Assembly (NCBI GenBank): GCA_977016875.1
Contig: CDRNST010000228.1
Location: 558,001-622,000 of the forward strand
Length of the DNA: 64,000 nucleotides
Reading direction: 5' to 3'
Origin: Pavona decussata
Lineage: Eukaryota
The position numbers and the translations under genes were made by a program. Shown one piece after another: positions 1-11,946 of the stretch. Positions within the stretch are counted from its first letter, which is position 1. Every line of letters starts with the position of its first letter. The notes under the pieces were generated by a model. It saw only the letters and a list, made by a program, of their open reading frames with translations, was not told the origin of the DNA and made no database searches.

Positions 1-335
1 GACATTTGCACTTTGTTTGCTCCCTTCTTTGACCGTTGACAAGCGCGACAGAGTTTTTCTTTCTCGGAACTATCGGTCCGATAGTCGCCCCGCGGAAATT
101 TGACGTTCTAAAAACTACGAGGGCTTATATATGTTATTTTTTATTATATATATGTTGTTTTAAGAGCGTCAAATTCCCAACAGGCAACTATCGGACCGTG
201 AGTCCCAAGAAAGAAACACCCTATTGTTTTTATTATCGTTCACAACTTAATCTTGTTCCGCTTAAATTTCCCTGAGACTGGCATTTCGAATTTACAACTC
301 AACAAGTTGGCCTTTAAGGAGAACGATTTAAATAA

Positions 336-369
<34 letters not shown>

Positions 370-698
370 ATGAATGAACATTGTAAAGGATGCAAAGAAA
401 ACGAAAAAATAAATTAGAGGCTTTTTTCCGTAAGTATTAAATGCCCTATTGAACACTATGCGTTGATAATGTCTCTTTGCGGATAAACACTATCGCATCC
501 CATACGTGATCAATATAAATCAAACAAACAGGGGGAAATACTAAGTATGACCTATGACGTTTGATTAGTTTCACTGTTGCTTGTATTTTAGCTTGCCCCT
601 CGAGATCATCATAATGTAGGCCAAATAGAAAACAACATATGCTATACAGTAAACCTTCAAATAGGATACTTATATTTGTTATACGCTTGCTAATTCAG

Positions 699-887
699 GC
701 GTCCCTCTGCCAAACTTGAGTAGTGCAGCAGAAGAGGCCAAGGGACTAACTGGAACAGCAGGTGACAAAGGAGCCCCCGGTGCTCGAGGACAACCAGGGG
801 CCCCGGGTCCACCGGGACCTCCCGGAATACCAGCAACAGCACCCCCTATCTTATACGGTCCTCCTCCAGGAAAACCTTGGCCAGCAG
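699..887 (+). CDS. Minicollagen-like gene, internal exon A (63 codons, phase 1-1)
   Basis: Acceptor taattcAG|GC, donor G|GTacat. Encodes [63 protein letters not shown]; 189 nt. Confidence 0.85.
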
Positions 888-1182
888 GTACATATACTAG
901 AGATAATAATACTAGAGATAATAATTAATGAATAGCCAAGAGGAGTTTTCAGTTAGGTGTCGTAAATGCAAGAGCCAAACGTCATCACTTTAACTACTTA
1001 AATAAAACGTAAACGCTCGCATCCTGAGCGAGTGGGAAGCAAATTTAAGTTTTTACATCAACCCCGGTGAAAGGCGAAATGGCTATCTACACTTTATTGC
1101 ACTTGAATACTAACAATCCTATACAGCAAAAGTTGTTTCAGTTTACTTTATTACCGACCGTTATTAAAAATATATTTTTAAT

Positions 1183-1209
1183 TGACTGACTGACTGACTG
1201 ACTGACTGA
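1183..1209. repeat. (TGAC)n microsatellite
   Basis: Direct tetranucleotide repeat. Confidence 0.9.
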
Positions 1210-1687
1210 ATCACTTGTTCGTGATTCTATCTGTCTGTCTAGATCACTATTAATTGTTAAGTTTTCGTTCCTCTACAGTAATGCAGTCTTATAATAGATT
1301 CCTTAACACAGTGTAACTGTTGAAAAATATGCACAATAGGTGAGCGCTCATAACAACGTGAAGTGCTGGTAATAGAATAATTTTATTTAATCGAGGAAAT
1401 TAGGGTGTCATTACCCAAGATCGGGAAACTGACCAAAATTAACAACCTTTATAACCTAATCTGACTGGACCGCTAACAGAATGCTGTAATAGACTCTAGA
1501 GATTGGACATTCCCATCCTAGCAGTATGCAGGATCTTTTTGCCATGAATAATTAATGTAATCGGTAGGTGACACGTTGGACTCCTAATAGGACCACTCGG
1601 ATTTTCTTCCGAGCATGCCTGTGTCATTTACTGATTAATACATCATTCTCATGAAGACGATTTGTTGTTTCTGTTTTTGTACTTCAG

Positions 1688-1747
1688 GCGTACCTCTGCC
1701 AACACCCCCGTCTTTGGGATCTTTGACCGGAGCACAAGGTGCTACTG
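1688..1747 (+). CDS. Minicollagen-like gene, short exon B (20 codons, phase 1-1), not in ORF track
   Basis: Acceptor tttttgtacttcAG|GC, donor G|GTaagg. Encodes GVPLPTPPSLGSLTGAQGAT; same GVPLP start as exon A, and the Gly-X-Y register runs on into exon C. Confidence 0.8.
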
Positions 1748-2146
1748 GTAAGGAGCCATACGGGTAAACTCTTTAAGATAGCCATGAGATTTTTAATAAG
1801 ATTTTATTCAGACACCATATTTTTTAAACATTTTTCAGTTATATATTTTTTCTTATACCAAATGTACTCTATGCATTTTCTTTTTTTCTTAAAGTATTTC
1901 AAGTTTTTGTATAATTTTGTAGCTTTTAAAGCTATATTACGTGTATACGTAATTCAGCTTCTAGCTGCAAAGTATGTCAACAAAGTATATATCTATCAGT
2001 ATCTATCTACTGCAATCATGTGATGAACACTTGTATAACCAACAAAGAAAACAAAATTGGCTGGTCTATACAATCATTCGCGAGCAAGTGTCTGATGATG
2101 GTTTAGGATAAATTCAAAAAGTCTAACTGACGTGAGTTTCGTCTAG

Positions 2147-2320
2147 GTCCAACAGGGCAAAAAGGAGCTCCAGGAGTTAACGGCGCAATGGGAACACCAG
2201 GAGTCCAGGGAGACCCCGGAGCAGCCGGACCACCGGGACCACCAGGGCCGCCCGGACTACAGGGCATACCAGGGCCAAATGCGGCCACCGCAGCTTCGGC
2301 TGGCACACCAGGAATTTCAG
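2147..2320 (+). CDS. Minicollagen-like gene, exon C (58 codons, phase 1-1)
   Basis: Acceptor gtctAG|GT, donor G|GTaaag. Uninterrupted [45 protein letters not shown] followed by an Ala-rich linker. Confidence 0.88.
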
Positions 2321-2507
2321 GTAAAGGCATTATAAGAAATATAAGCCTGCACAGGTGTTTGTGCGCTACGAACGGTACGTAACCGAAGTAGAATGTTACC
2401 TTTTTGGATTTTATCTTCTTTCCCCATTCGCGGTAGGGGGGAAATCTATATGACTCCTTATCCCTCCCCCACCCCTACACTCCGTCCCCACACACTCAAA
2501 CACAATA

Positions 2508-2509
<2 letters not shown>

Positions 2510-2554
<45 letters not shown>

Positions 2555-2664
2555 GATTACTTACTTAATGCGTCAAACTTTTCTTGGCAAATTTTCTGTG
2601 AATTGGATATTTTAAAATTAGATATTTTAACTTGTAAATAGCTTAGAATATGTTAATATTGATG

Positions 2665-2716
<52 letters not shown>
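2510..2716. repeat. Two (ATT)n microsatellites (2510-2554, ~2668-2716)
   Basis: Direct trinucleotide runs; they explain the poly-Ile ORF 2393-2641. Confidence 0.9.
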
Positions 2717-2893
2717 TATTCTAAAGTTTAACACTTTGTGTCATCAAAGATCGATGGTGTCTTTAGGCGAAGCCATCAAACTCGTATACCGTGGGGGAAA
2801 CTAGAATAAGTGTGAGTGATCCACCATTGTTTTTTGATAACGATTTCCGTTTAATTTTAAACTAAAAAAATGTTTTGAATTACGGTCCAGTAG

Positions 2894-3067
2894 GGCCAAA
2901 AGGAGTTCCAGGGGTTAACGGAGCAATGGGAGCACCTGGAGCCCAAAGAGATCCCGGAACAGCCGGACCACCGGCACCACCCGGAACACCTGGCATACTA
3001 GGACCAAACGCTGCCGCTGCTGCAGCTGCTTCTCCAGGAGCCCCGTCTGCAGCACCGAGACCTTCAG
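2894..3067 (+). CDS. Minicollagen-like gene, exon D (degenerate duplicate of exon C; may be skipped)
   Basis: Paralogous to exon C. The homologous acceptor reads taCG (2883-2884), but an in-frame CAGTAG tandem acceptor lies at 2888-2893. Donor G|GTagag. Gly-to-Arg and Gly-to-Ala changes interrupt the helix. Confidence 0.55.
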
Positions 3068-3245
3068 GTAGAGATACTGTTTTAAATCAGAATTGTTCAT
3101 CAGCTACGTGTGGTAACCGGAAGCAAAATATTTCATCTGTTGGATTATTTTTGCTTCTCGCCATGATTAGGCTGGCGATAATGTTAGAATGTCACAAGAG
3201 AGAAACATTCAGCTTCCTCGGTTTGTGACTATGTCCATTTTTAAG

Positions 3246-3279
<34 letters not shown>

Positions 3280-3428
3280 CACTTTTTAACTTGTCTTCCG
3301 TTCAGGAATATTGATTCGAGAGTAAGCCTCATTGTTGAATTACAAAGCCCAGTGATAGTTGAATAAAATGGTTTTAAGTTGTCAGAAAAGTATTTTGGCG
3401 TTTCCATTGCTTTTGCATTAGTATGCTC

Positions 3429-3459
<31 letters not shown>

Positions 3460-3460
<1 letters not shown>

Positions 3461-3660
3461 TCGCGCGACTTTCTCAACCAATGGGAAGCCCAACCAAAAC
3501 TAATCGGGACTTGCTTGCACGGGTTTTCCCGCGTCTGGCGGCGGTTACTTGCTGTTGTTTCGAATTCTGATTAGCTCATTTTGCTGTTTACGTCTGTTGT
3601 GATTGGCCAGAGCAATAACTTTGTTTTGGTTTTATGATACTCAATTCAAAACCTCTCTAT
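3460..3660. mobile_element. Partial MITE-like interspersed repeat
   Basis: ccaat/attgg-rich body ending ttttatgatactcaattcaaaacctctcta; a related reverse-oriented end lies near 940-980. Family not determined. Confidence 0.4.
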
Positions 3661-5093
3661 ATACTCGAACACAGAAACCCTGTCAGTATTCAGTGCTTTC
3701 ATTTAAGAGGAGAACTTTGAAAGTCTGTTATAAATAGATAGTAAAAACAGTTTACAAAGACTAGAGCTAGATCAGATTAAGGCTGGCGCATGCGTTAGTC
3801 CTCCACAGGTACTTGGAATCTAAAAAACCATCGGACATCAAGAGGAAATTGTCTTCTCCCCTCTCCAAACTGAGCCTCTAAAGAGCAGACGTCTGAGGTC
3901 GGGTGTGTGTAGACGTTGACGCTAAACATTTGGATTTGGATTTGAATTGGATGTGGATTTGCTTGTTAAGGAAATAGTTTTTAAGCTATTTTGGTCTAAA
4001 ATTCGTCATTAGTTCAATTGTTGATTATTCTCTACAGCGACTAAGTATAGTTTTCCCTTCCTGTTGAAATTGGTATGTGCTTTTATAAATACAAAATTCA
4101 AGGTATTATTCTTCATCATATTCGAAAGAAGAAGAGAGGAATGAAAGTAACCGAAAAATAACATCTGAAACGATACAGTGCCGGATATTTATCAGCTCAG
4201 ACAAACTCCAGGTCTGAAAATAGGTCTGGAGTGCCTGGGCCTGGGTGCTTGAACCATTTTAAGATAAGTGTGAGCTTTTGGCGGTAGTTCCGTACCTTTC
4301 GAAGGATTCTCTGGGTGCACTTGTTCTGTTCCCCATCTTAGCAAACCGTCTTCAGCCGAGTAATCTAATATTGCACACTTGAAATTCTTCGGAACACAGA
4401 GAATGGTAAACGAAAACTCATACTAATTTTAACATGCTTTATGCGACGAGACCCTGTTTCTCGAAGATCCCGATACGTTTTAATTAAAGTTACTCGACAC
4501 AGAAAGCACTTTATGTGCACATTCTTACTCAATCTTATTTCTCAACATATTGTGTATATAGTGAGTAGTTAAACAATTTTATGCACAGTTTGAAATCTCA
4601 TTTTGTTACACTTTGAAGTTTCATTTTACTTCATCAAATACATAGCATGCAGAGCTATTTCAAATTCGAGTTTATGATAATGATTAACAGAGACTCGACT
4701 TTTCCTGATTTTGGAAGCAAAACCCGTATAATTCTATAGTTCTTTGGATTTATTCGGTAAGTTAACAGTAAAAAATTATTACCAAATCGATAATATAATA
4801 CCGATTTGAAAAAAAAAAAAAATTGGGCCCGGTAAATTATATGGAACGTTTCATGAAACGGTCCCCAGGTCGGAAGAAAAGCGTAAGCAAATTGGTGTGG
4901 TTTTATCTCAGTTAGCGTCAGGCCTCGGATAAACAGAACGGTATACACCACTACGAAAACTTCCGAAGTGTACCGCCGGGCTCTATTTGAAAGGTGAAGG
5001 TCAATGCCATTGATATATATATATATATATATCCTTTATCCTTAAATGATACTCACAGTAGTTTCTAATGGAATTCTTTTTTTTTTTTTTTAG

Positions 5094-5225
5094 GTTTAAT
5101 AGGACCAATAGGACCCAAAGGACCTCAAGGACTGGCAAAACAGGGAGATCCGGCAGCTGGACCTGTTGGACCACAAGGAACTCCAGGAATGACAGCCCCT
5201 GCCGCTGGAGCACCAGGAGCAGCGG
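5094..5225 (+). CDS. Minicollagen-like gene, exon E (44 codons, phase 1-1), not in ORF track on this strand
   Basis: Poly-T acceptor tttttAG|GT, donor G|GTaatt. Encodes GLIGPIGPKGPQGLAKQGDPAAGPVGPQGTPGMTAPAAGAPGAA. Confidence 0.82.
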
Positions 5226-5574
5226 GTAATTAAGCTGGACCATGGGGAAGAGGGGGGGGGGGGGGGATTCTTCCCGCGGCAACTTTGTACCTGAATAACT
5301 TTTTTAATATTTATCATATTTTTACGCTCTGAAACTTCCGTAAATTTTCAGAAATTGATCAGGGAAAAATTTAATGTGATCGGATTGTGCTGATTGACCA
5401 TTTTTTGACAGGCATTTTTTTTTTTTGAAAACAGAAAAATTAACCTTTCTTCCATCAACTGTTATGTTCTTAGCTTATATTAGTGTTCCTTTGTTGGTCT
5501 TGATTACTTTTCGTTCAATCTTGGAGCTGTCCTGAAATTTCGGAATCCAAGATGACCGCCATTTGGCAATCAGA

Positions 5575-5951
5575 CCTAATTGAATACACCCAGCCGCAAT
5601 CTCAGATCCTCTAATAGAAATTTATCAGTTAAACCCTCTTTTAATCTCAATTTGTATGGTAAACGAGCTTTTTCGTTGCTGCCCCGGAACTTTGGAATAG
5701 CTTACCTGAGGACGCTAAATCTGCAAACTCGATTGATGATTTTAAACGCAAACTTAAAAAAATTTCTTTTTATGCGAGCTTATGAATCGTGATGTTTTTT
5801 TTTTATTTGTTATCTGGTCGATTTTTTTAATTGTGTACATTTATTTATCTTGTAGTTAGCGTCTAGTTTAATGCGAATTTCTTGGGATCATTTCTACTTT
5901 TTTTAGTTCTATCTAATTTATTGTAAACAGCGCCTTTGAATCTTGTAGAAA
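5575..5951 (+). mobile_element. L2/CR1-group LINE 3' end fragment (intronic)
   Basis: TPSRNLRSS...YGKRAFS / AAPELWNSLPEDAKSANSIDDFKRKLKKFLF with one frameshift, typical of the ORF2 C-terminus; followed by a tgtaaacagcgcctttga 3' motif. Confidence 0.75.
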
Positions 5952-6143
5952 NNNNNNNNNNNNNNNNNNNNNNNNNNNNNNNNNNNNNNNNNNNNNNNNN
6001 NNNNNNNNNNNNNNNNNNNNNNNNNNNNNNNNNNNNNNNNNNNNNNNNNNNNNNNNNNNNNNNNNNNNNNNNNNNNNNNNNNNNNNNNNNNNNNNNNNNN
6101 NNNNNNNNNNNNNNNNNNNNNNNNNNNNNNNNNNNNNNNNNNN
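5952..6143. other. Assembly gap (others at 18567-18709, 52238-52399, 57388-57526)
   Basis: Runs of N. Confidence 1.
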
Positions 6144-7542
6144 ACGACATCAATTCGCGATGCGAACCTCAAAAGAAGTACTAGCTATCCTCAAAATCTC
6201 ACTGTCATGGCTTTTATACTTGCGAAGCTATTGAGGGGGGATTTCTCTCCCGGCCCCTCACCCTGATAACTCATCCAGCTACGATAGCTTTGACAATTGT
6301 TGTATTTCGATTAGTCGCCATATCATGATGATACTCGCGTGTAGTACACGTACATGGAAAAGAGAACGAGCCAGCACTGTAAAAACCTAGTCATGTATTA
6401 CAGGATTAATGAGAAAAGGAATATAACTGAGAATGATGTATAATTCTACGAGGACTCATTGCGATTACTTGTCTATAACATAGAGGGAAAAATTTTCTTA
6501 AAACTATCGAGGCATTTCGTAAAACAGTCAGCCATGGCCAGGAGTAAAAACACTCATTCGAAAGCAAGACAAAAAACAAACAATCACCTGTTTCTTTAGT
6601 GTACAAAGCGGACAAATCGAGAAGGGTTGATTGTTATATACATATAATTAAGAGAAAATAAAAGTTAAAATTCATGAGAAAACAAACAACAATTAAAGCA
6701 AAATTAATACATGTAAAGCATCAATTATTTTGATTCACCCAGCACTGTGAATCTTTCTACCGCTAGAAAATCACACGATTACAGATCAATAAAAATAGCA
6801 AACCGTGGGTCCAAAGAAGGAACTTGCAGAGTAATTTTTTTCCACTGAATTAGACCTGCTCCTTCCTCTCATCAAAAGGACACTGCTATTATTGTTCAGT
6901 TATCGTTCGTTGGTAGAAGCAGAAGCGAGGTGAAAGCACTTGGTGCGGCCATGAATAATTTTAGTTTTTCAACTGAACAAATCCGATCAAGTGTTAAGCT
7001 TTTGACACAGATAATGTCTTGCTGTTTCTTGAATGAAACGAAAGTTCACCTTTAGGAATTTCCTTTGTAGCTGTAGCACTTGATTTCCAAGTATTTTTGG
7101 CGCAAAGAATCCGGCTTAAAAAGTCAAACTCCAAACAACCTGAAAAAAGTCGTTGTTGTCCCGGCACAAAATGAAGAAACCAACAAAATGTGGTAATGGC
7201 GTGCTTAGCCAACCAGGCTCGACCAATCAGGAGTGAGTAATTTTGCCTTCGATGAGAGGAAAATTAAGAAAAAAAAAATGCCCTCTTTTTGACCAATCAG
7301 CATTCAGTAATTTTGCCCCCTATGTTATAAGAAAAAATAAGAATTCTTTCAAACTGTATTAGTCATTAACGGAAAGTGTGAAATATCAGCTCCTATCTCA
7401 TTAGATAGGTGATTCCAAATGATGTCAGTTTCGCTTTGTGTACGTGAACCTCTTATTGCTTTCAACGATTGGTGCGTTCAGCAGTATTCCTCTCAGAATT
7501 GACCAGAATCTCACAACTCATCTTTCTTTATGTTATGTTCAG

Positions 7543-7922
7543 GTATCCAGGGTCCTAAAGGATCCGATGGGGCTCCGGGAGCTATGGGTGCAATGGGAAG
7601 TCCTGGAGATCAGGGAGCAGCTGGACCCCCTGGACCACCGGGGCCACCGGGACCTCCCGGAATACCAGGGCCTGGCGCCAAGACATGTCCCGCAATTTGC
7701 AAAAGGACGTGTGTTGGTTTTTGCCCTTCGTTGAACTGCTGCAGAAGGTCAGAAATTCCAGAGAAGAAATTTCTAATGCAAGATACACACGAGATTATGC
7801 CAATTACCGTTGAAACGTTAAAGGGCGGAAATAATCCAGTGCAGGGACCCGCGCAAGCAAAGACCAGAGTGCAAGGAGGGCCAATTGTACAGGGGTATCC
7901 TCAGGCAGGGATACATTTTTAG
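7543..7922 (+). CDS. Minicollagen-like gene, terminal exon: Gly-X-Y block, minicollagen Cys-rich domain, RR, C-terminal tail
   Basis: Acceptor ttatgttcAG|GT. Encodes [16 protein letters not shown]...[37 protein letters not shown]...IHF*. The Cys spacing matches the nematocyst CRD CxxxCxxxCxxxCxxxCC, with one extra residue. Confidence 0.9.
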
Positions 7923-8102
7923 GGCATTCTTCTAGCCCCATTAAGATTTGGACATTTATTGATCGATAAACCAAAAAGGATCTAAATCTAACACATATCT
8001 CATTAAAAGCAATATTTCTGGCAACTACTGATTTGATGTAAGAGACATTGACCAATGTTCCTTTGCTTAAAACAAAACAACCATACATTGTTCAGTTGGT
8101 TT

Positions 8103-8108
8103 AATAAA
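8103..8108 (+). terminator. Candidate polyadenylation signal of the minicollagen-like gene
   Basis: AATAAA ~180 nt after the stop; also present in the duplicate near 43187. Confidence 0.5.
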
Positions 8109-8332
8109 GACGCCACATTTAAATAATTTTTGAAAGAAACCCTAAAAGTTTCTAGAACCTTGCTTTGCGGGCTTGGGTAACTGCGACATTCCAACACAAG
8201 TATGTACTATATTTTTTCTGTCGAAACCTTTCTTACAGCTTATACTATCTGTGGATATAGGGAGAACCCTCCCACGACTTTGCATATAGGATATTCCAAC
8301 CTCCCTAATCCTCCTGGTCGTTTTTAATAATT

Positions 8333-8518
8333 TATCTTATTCGAGTGTTTAGAACTTTGTTAATCTTGGGTTCACAGTAATTGGCGCTAGCAGTTGTGGT
8401 CACCCTGCCTTGACCAAGTACTTGTTTATTTTCTGTTTACGTTGTCATGTCATGTTCTGTTTATAGTTTTATTTTAGAAGGCGAAGTCTAATAAAGGAAA
8501 AAATGAAATAAAATAAAA
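8333..8518 (+). mobile_element. Short retroposed 3' fragment with 8-bp TSD
   Basis: Ends in AATAAA plus a (TAAAA)n tail, flanked by taataatt at 8325-8332 and 8519-8526. Empty site in the duplicate near 43408. Confidence 0.65.
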
Positions 8519-8918
8519 TAATAATTCGTGGAATAAATACAAAATACGAAAATTAGTGACATGAGGGAGGGAGGGGGGGGGGGAGGGAGGGGGGGGGGGG
8601 GAGGGCCGGTTCCCGGGCGTAAGGACTACTCTGAACGTAGCTTTTTGTCGATGCCCGAGCAAACTTCTTGGCACCGTGCCTGGCTACGGGCGCTACCTCC
8701 AAGATAGCACTTGGCACAATTCCTGAGCACAGGTACTGGTCTGAACTGGATTTCGTCATTTTCCACGCTATTTCCTCATGCGTCCCTGTGATACAGTAAC
8801 CAAAATGGCTAGTGTTAAATGTAAATCGACTAAACAGAACACGAACGCTCTTGGGCATCAAGGAGTCTGAACAACGTCCCGTTTACCCCGGGCACGGGGC
8901 CTTATCACCGGCACCTAG

Positions 8919-9035
8919 TAAGCCAATGAACAGGTCCCCAAGTGGGGTATAGGGCGAAGTAAAAAATCGACCATACGGCGTTCTGCTCGTCCGGCTCTCG
9001 CCCTATACCCCACTTGGGAGCCTTTTCACAGGCTC
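8919..9035. mobile_element. MITE with near-perfect 8-bp TSD (hAT-like)
   Basis: TIRs ...cccaagtggggtatagggcga / tcgccctataccccacttggg...; flanks gcacctag / tcacctag; absent at ~43785 in the duplicate. Confidence 0.75.
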
Positions 9036-10279
9036 TCACCTAGTCTGAACTTGGTCTTTTCAGACATTAGGCGCTTGGTTTTATCGTATTGTGACTTGAG
9101 TACAGGCGTTTTTACTTTATATTTTTTTCGCTGTTGATTGATCTCGGTGTTTTGGTGCACTTTTGACTGTTTTTGTCCGGGGCCGGGGATTGACACTAGA
9201 CCAGGCCTTATCTGTTTGGAAAGTTTCTTAACTTGAACATTCTCTAGCTGTACTCTGTTAACGACAATAAATGATAATAGTAAGCCTGATTTTTTATTTA
9301 TCATGTGACGATTGAATAAAAATAGAAAACTTTTAAAATTAAATATTAAAAATATTGTGGCTTATGATAAAAAGAAAATACAAACAAACCAGAAAGTAAA
9401 TTTCAGAGAAATCACTTAAACTAGATTTGCAATTTTTTTCTCAAACCGGAACACACACTTTTCACTCCCAGCAAAATCCATGACAAGAAAAATATATTGA
9501 CAAGAAATGTTTTGAAATTTTAACCGAATTACTCGGCTATTGTTGGTACTTTGTTTTCGAAGTTACAAACCATGCAGAAACAAAACTTAATGCAAATTAT
9601 GGCAGTACTAAGTGGTACATACGGTAGCAGATGATTACCACTCTTGTCATGTGTATTTAGACACCATTTCATATATCGAAAAAATCGAAAGAGGTCGAGT
9701 GGTACAGTCAATGATTAATGAGGCCCTTCTATTGTGCTGTAGAGGACTAAGCCAAGCTAAAACTTTTTGGTAAAATATGCTTGTCTCTGAATACGAGTAT
9801 GACTTGGATGTACACAGTGTAAAGATTAGCTCCTAGTTAAGCTACGGGAGGCACGGTATAGAAGCCCAGAACCCTCTACACTGGAGCAAACAAAGAAGAT
9901 TAAAAACACACATTGTTGCGGAAAACTAGGGTAGCGGTGTCGCCAGGGAATTCTAAGTTAGAGTAGTAACGAAGGGCTGACAAGAAGAGGGTTGCCCTTC
10001 TGAGAGGACAGTAGGACAGAATGCACTTCCCTGCCACAATTGTGTGAGCCCACTGATAGTGTAGCGAGAAGGGCGGGGGGGGGGGGGGTGGGGGGATGGT
10101 GGGCACAATTACCCTAAACCTAAAAGTATGGGGGGGGGGGGGTTATTCCTTTTTGTTTTCAGCCTTTTTTTTTTTCTTGAGGAGGGAGCGGGGGAGGGTT
10201 GGGGCGGTGGTATGGACTGCCATACCATTCAAGCTCCATTTGAATTAGCATTGAATTTAAACTACTGATCTACATAATA

Positions 10280-11375
10280 AGGATAGGATAGGATAAGTTT
10301 ATTTATACACCGTTTTTCCATCAGGCTACTTAATTATCATTATCAACCAACTATCTATCTACCTACCTATGGTTACAAAAGTTAAAAATAATAAAACAAA
10401 GCTAAACAACAAATGCTCCTTTTCTTGGAGGCTGTGTTTAAAAATCTTCCTTATAACTGTGGCGTCTCAATAGATCATATTCGTATTCTCGGTATTGGAC
10501 TGGATCAAGCTTGCAATGGAGGCTCTTGCGGGGGAATGTATTAGAAACTATTTGCATGTGAAAAGATTTCTCCGCATAAGCTAGTTCCAGTTCAATACTG
10601 AGAATACGAATACGGTCTATTTAGTCTTAAAATAATTCAAGGAAGTTGCTTATGTAATTCTATTGGTAAACTCTTCTACAACTAAGCTCCACTGTATGAG
10701 AAACTTTTCTTCAAATATTCCATGCGCGGTTGTGGAAGAGTTAGCATGTTTTCAGCATTCCTTAAATTATCAGAATTCAAATTATCGCGAAAAACAAAGC
10801 TTAATCTTGAATATTCTGGTGTCATCCCGTTTAAATTTTTATACATCATAATTGATTTCTGATCCAATTTTTGATGACAGAGTTTTTGCCACCCTAGTGC
10901 CCGAAGCAAATCATCCAAATACTATTATATCCAGCGGACATCAAAATGCAGGCTGCGCAATTATGAAGCTTTTGAAGCTTATCAGAAAGGCCTTTGTTAC
11001 AATTTCCCCACACCTCATTACAATAATCAAAGTGAGGTTGAACAAGGCTATTATAAACATTGAATAAAATATTAAATGGCATTAGATGTCTTATGTGCTT
11101 AATTGCACCAATGGCTGAAGCAATCTTTTTAGAGATATTTTCAATATGAGATTCCCAATCTGAAGTTTGGTCGACGTAGACCCCAAGAGATTTGGTGATG
11201 CTACCTGTTCCACAGCCATGTCATTTAAAGCTAGAGAGGGTCTCTCTGATATATTCCATAACTTCTTCCTAGATGCAATTAGCATAAACTCCGTTTTTGT
11301 TAGGTTTAAAGTAAGCGTGTTGGCTGGTAACCAAGTGTACACTTTATTTAGATCATAATTAAGACAATTATTTAA
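10280..11375 (-). mobile_element. 5'-truncated CR1/L2-group LINE
   Basis: RT C-terminal peptides WLxANxLTLNLTKTEFMLI, YNSLVQPHFDYCNEVWGNC and LTLPQPRxEYLKKSFSYSGA; 3' AATAAA followed by a (CTATC)n tail. Confidence 0.9.
10470..10620. mobile_element. MITE inserted in the LINE 3' UTR
   Basis: TIRs atagatcatattcgtattctcggtattggactgga / tccagttcaatactgagaatacgaatacggtctat; empty site ctcaatttag at ~44740. Confidence 0.85.
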
Positions 11376-11946
11376 ATGGTTAACGTGATACCTAAGGCTA
11401 TGGAAAGGACCACGAGGTCACAGATATTCATAAGTCGAAAAGGAGTCAAGTGGTACAGTAAACGATTTTTACAACACGTGTGAGTCTTGCTACTCCTTCG
11501 TTTTAAATCCAACTGTTTAAAGATGATATCACAGCTACCCTCTAGTTTGTCATTAAATGTGACATTTTGAGATGGTGAATTGAAACACGAGTGGGGGAAA
11601 GAGGTCACATATAGATCCTATGGAAGTAGCTTCTACTATGAAAGGTATTTTAACAAGCAGTGTATTATGGGATAGGTAATATAGAACGCACTGAGAAAAA
11701 TGTTACGTGGAAATCAAGAATCAAGCCCAAGTCTTAGCATAAATAGGACTAGGATATTTGGTGTTTAGCCTAGATTAGGGTAACAAAAAAGGCGGATGAA
11801 TACCTTCCAAAAATTCACTGAGTGCCCCCTCCCCCTCGCACACAGACACATATTGACCCCCTCCCCTCCAAAAAAAAAAAGGCAGTTACGCTTTTATCAT
11901 TCAAATTTTTTTTATAGATTGCCATCAAGTTTACTCTAATTCATCA

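Noticed and set aside
67-198. Imperfect inverted repeat cggtccgatagt...aactatcggaccg
   Set aside because: Probably a fragment of an interspersed repeat truncated by the window start; it cannot be classified.
2103-2330. Gly/Pro-rich minus-strand ORFs (also 5001-5317, 7582-7788)
   Set aside because: Antisense shadows of the collagen exons.
5863-6184. ORFs spanning N runs (also 52190-52450, 57250-57622)
   Set aside because: Artefacts of translating gaps.
8563-10142. Poly-G tracts as G-quadruplex regulators (also 5244-5266, 44378-44399)
   Set aside because: They are not conserved between the duplicates and look like unstable homopolymers.
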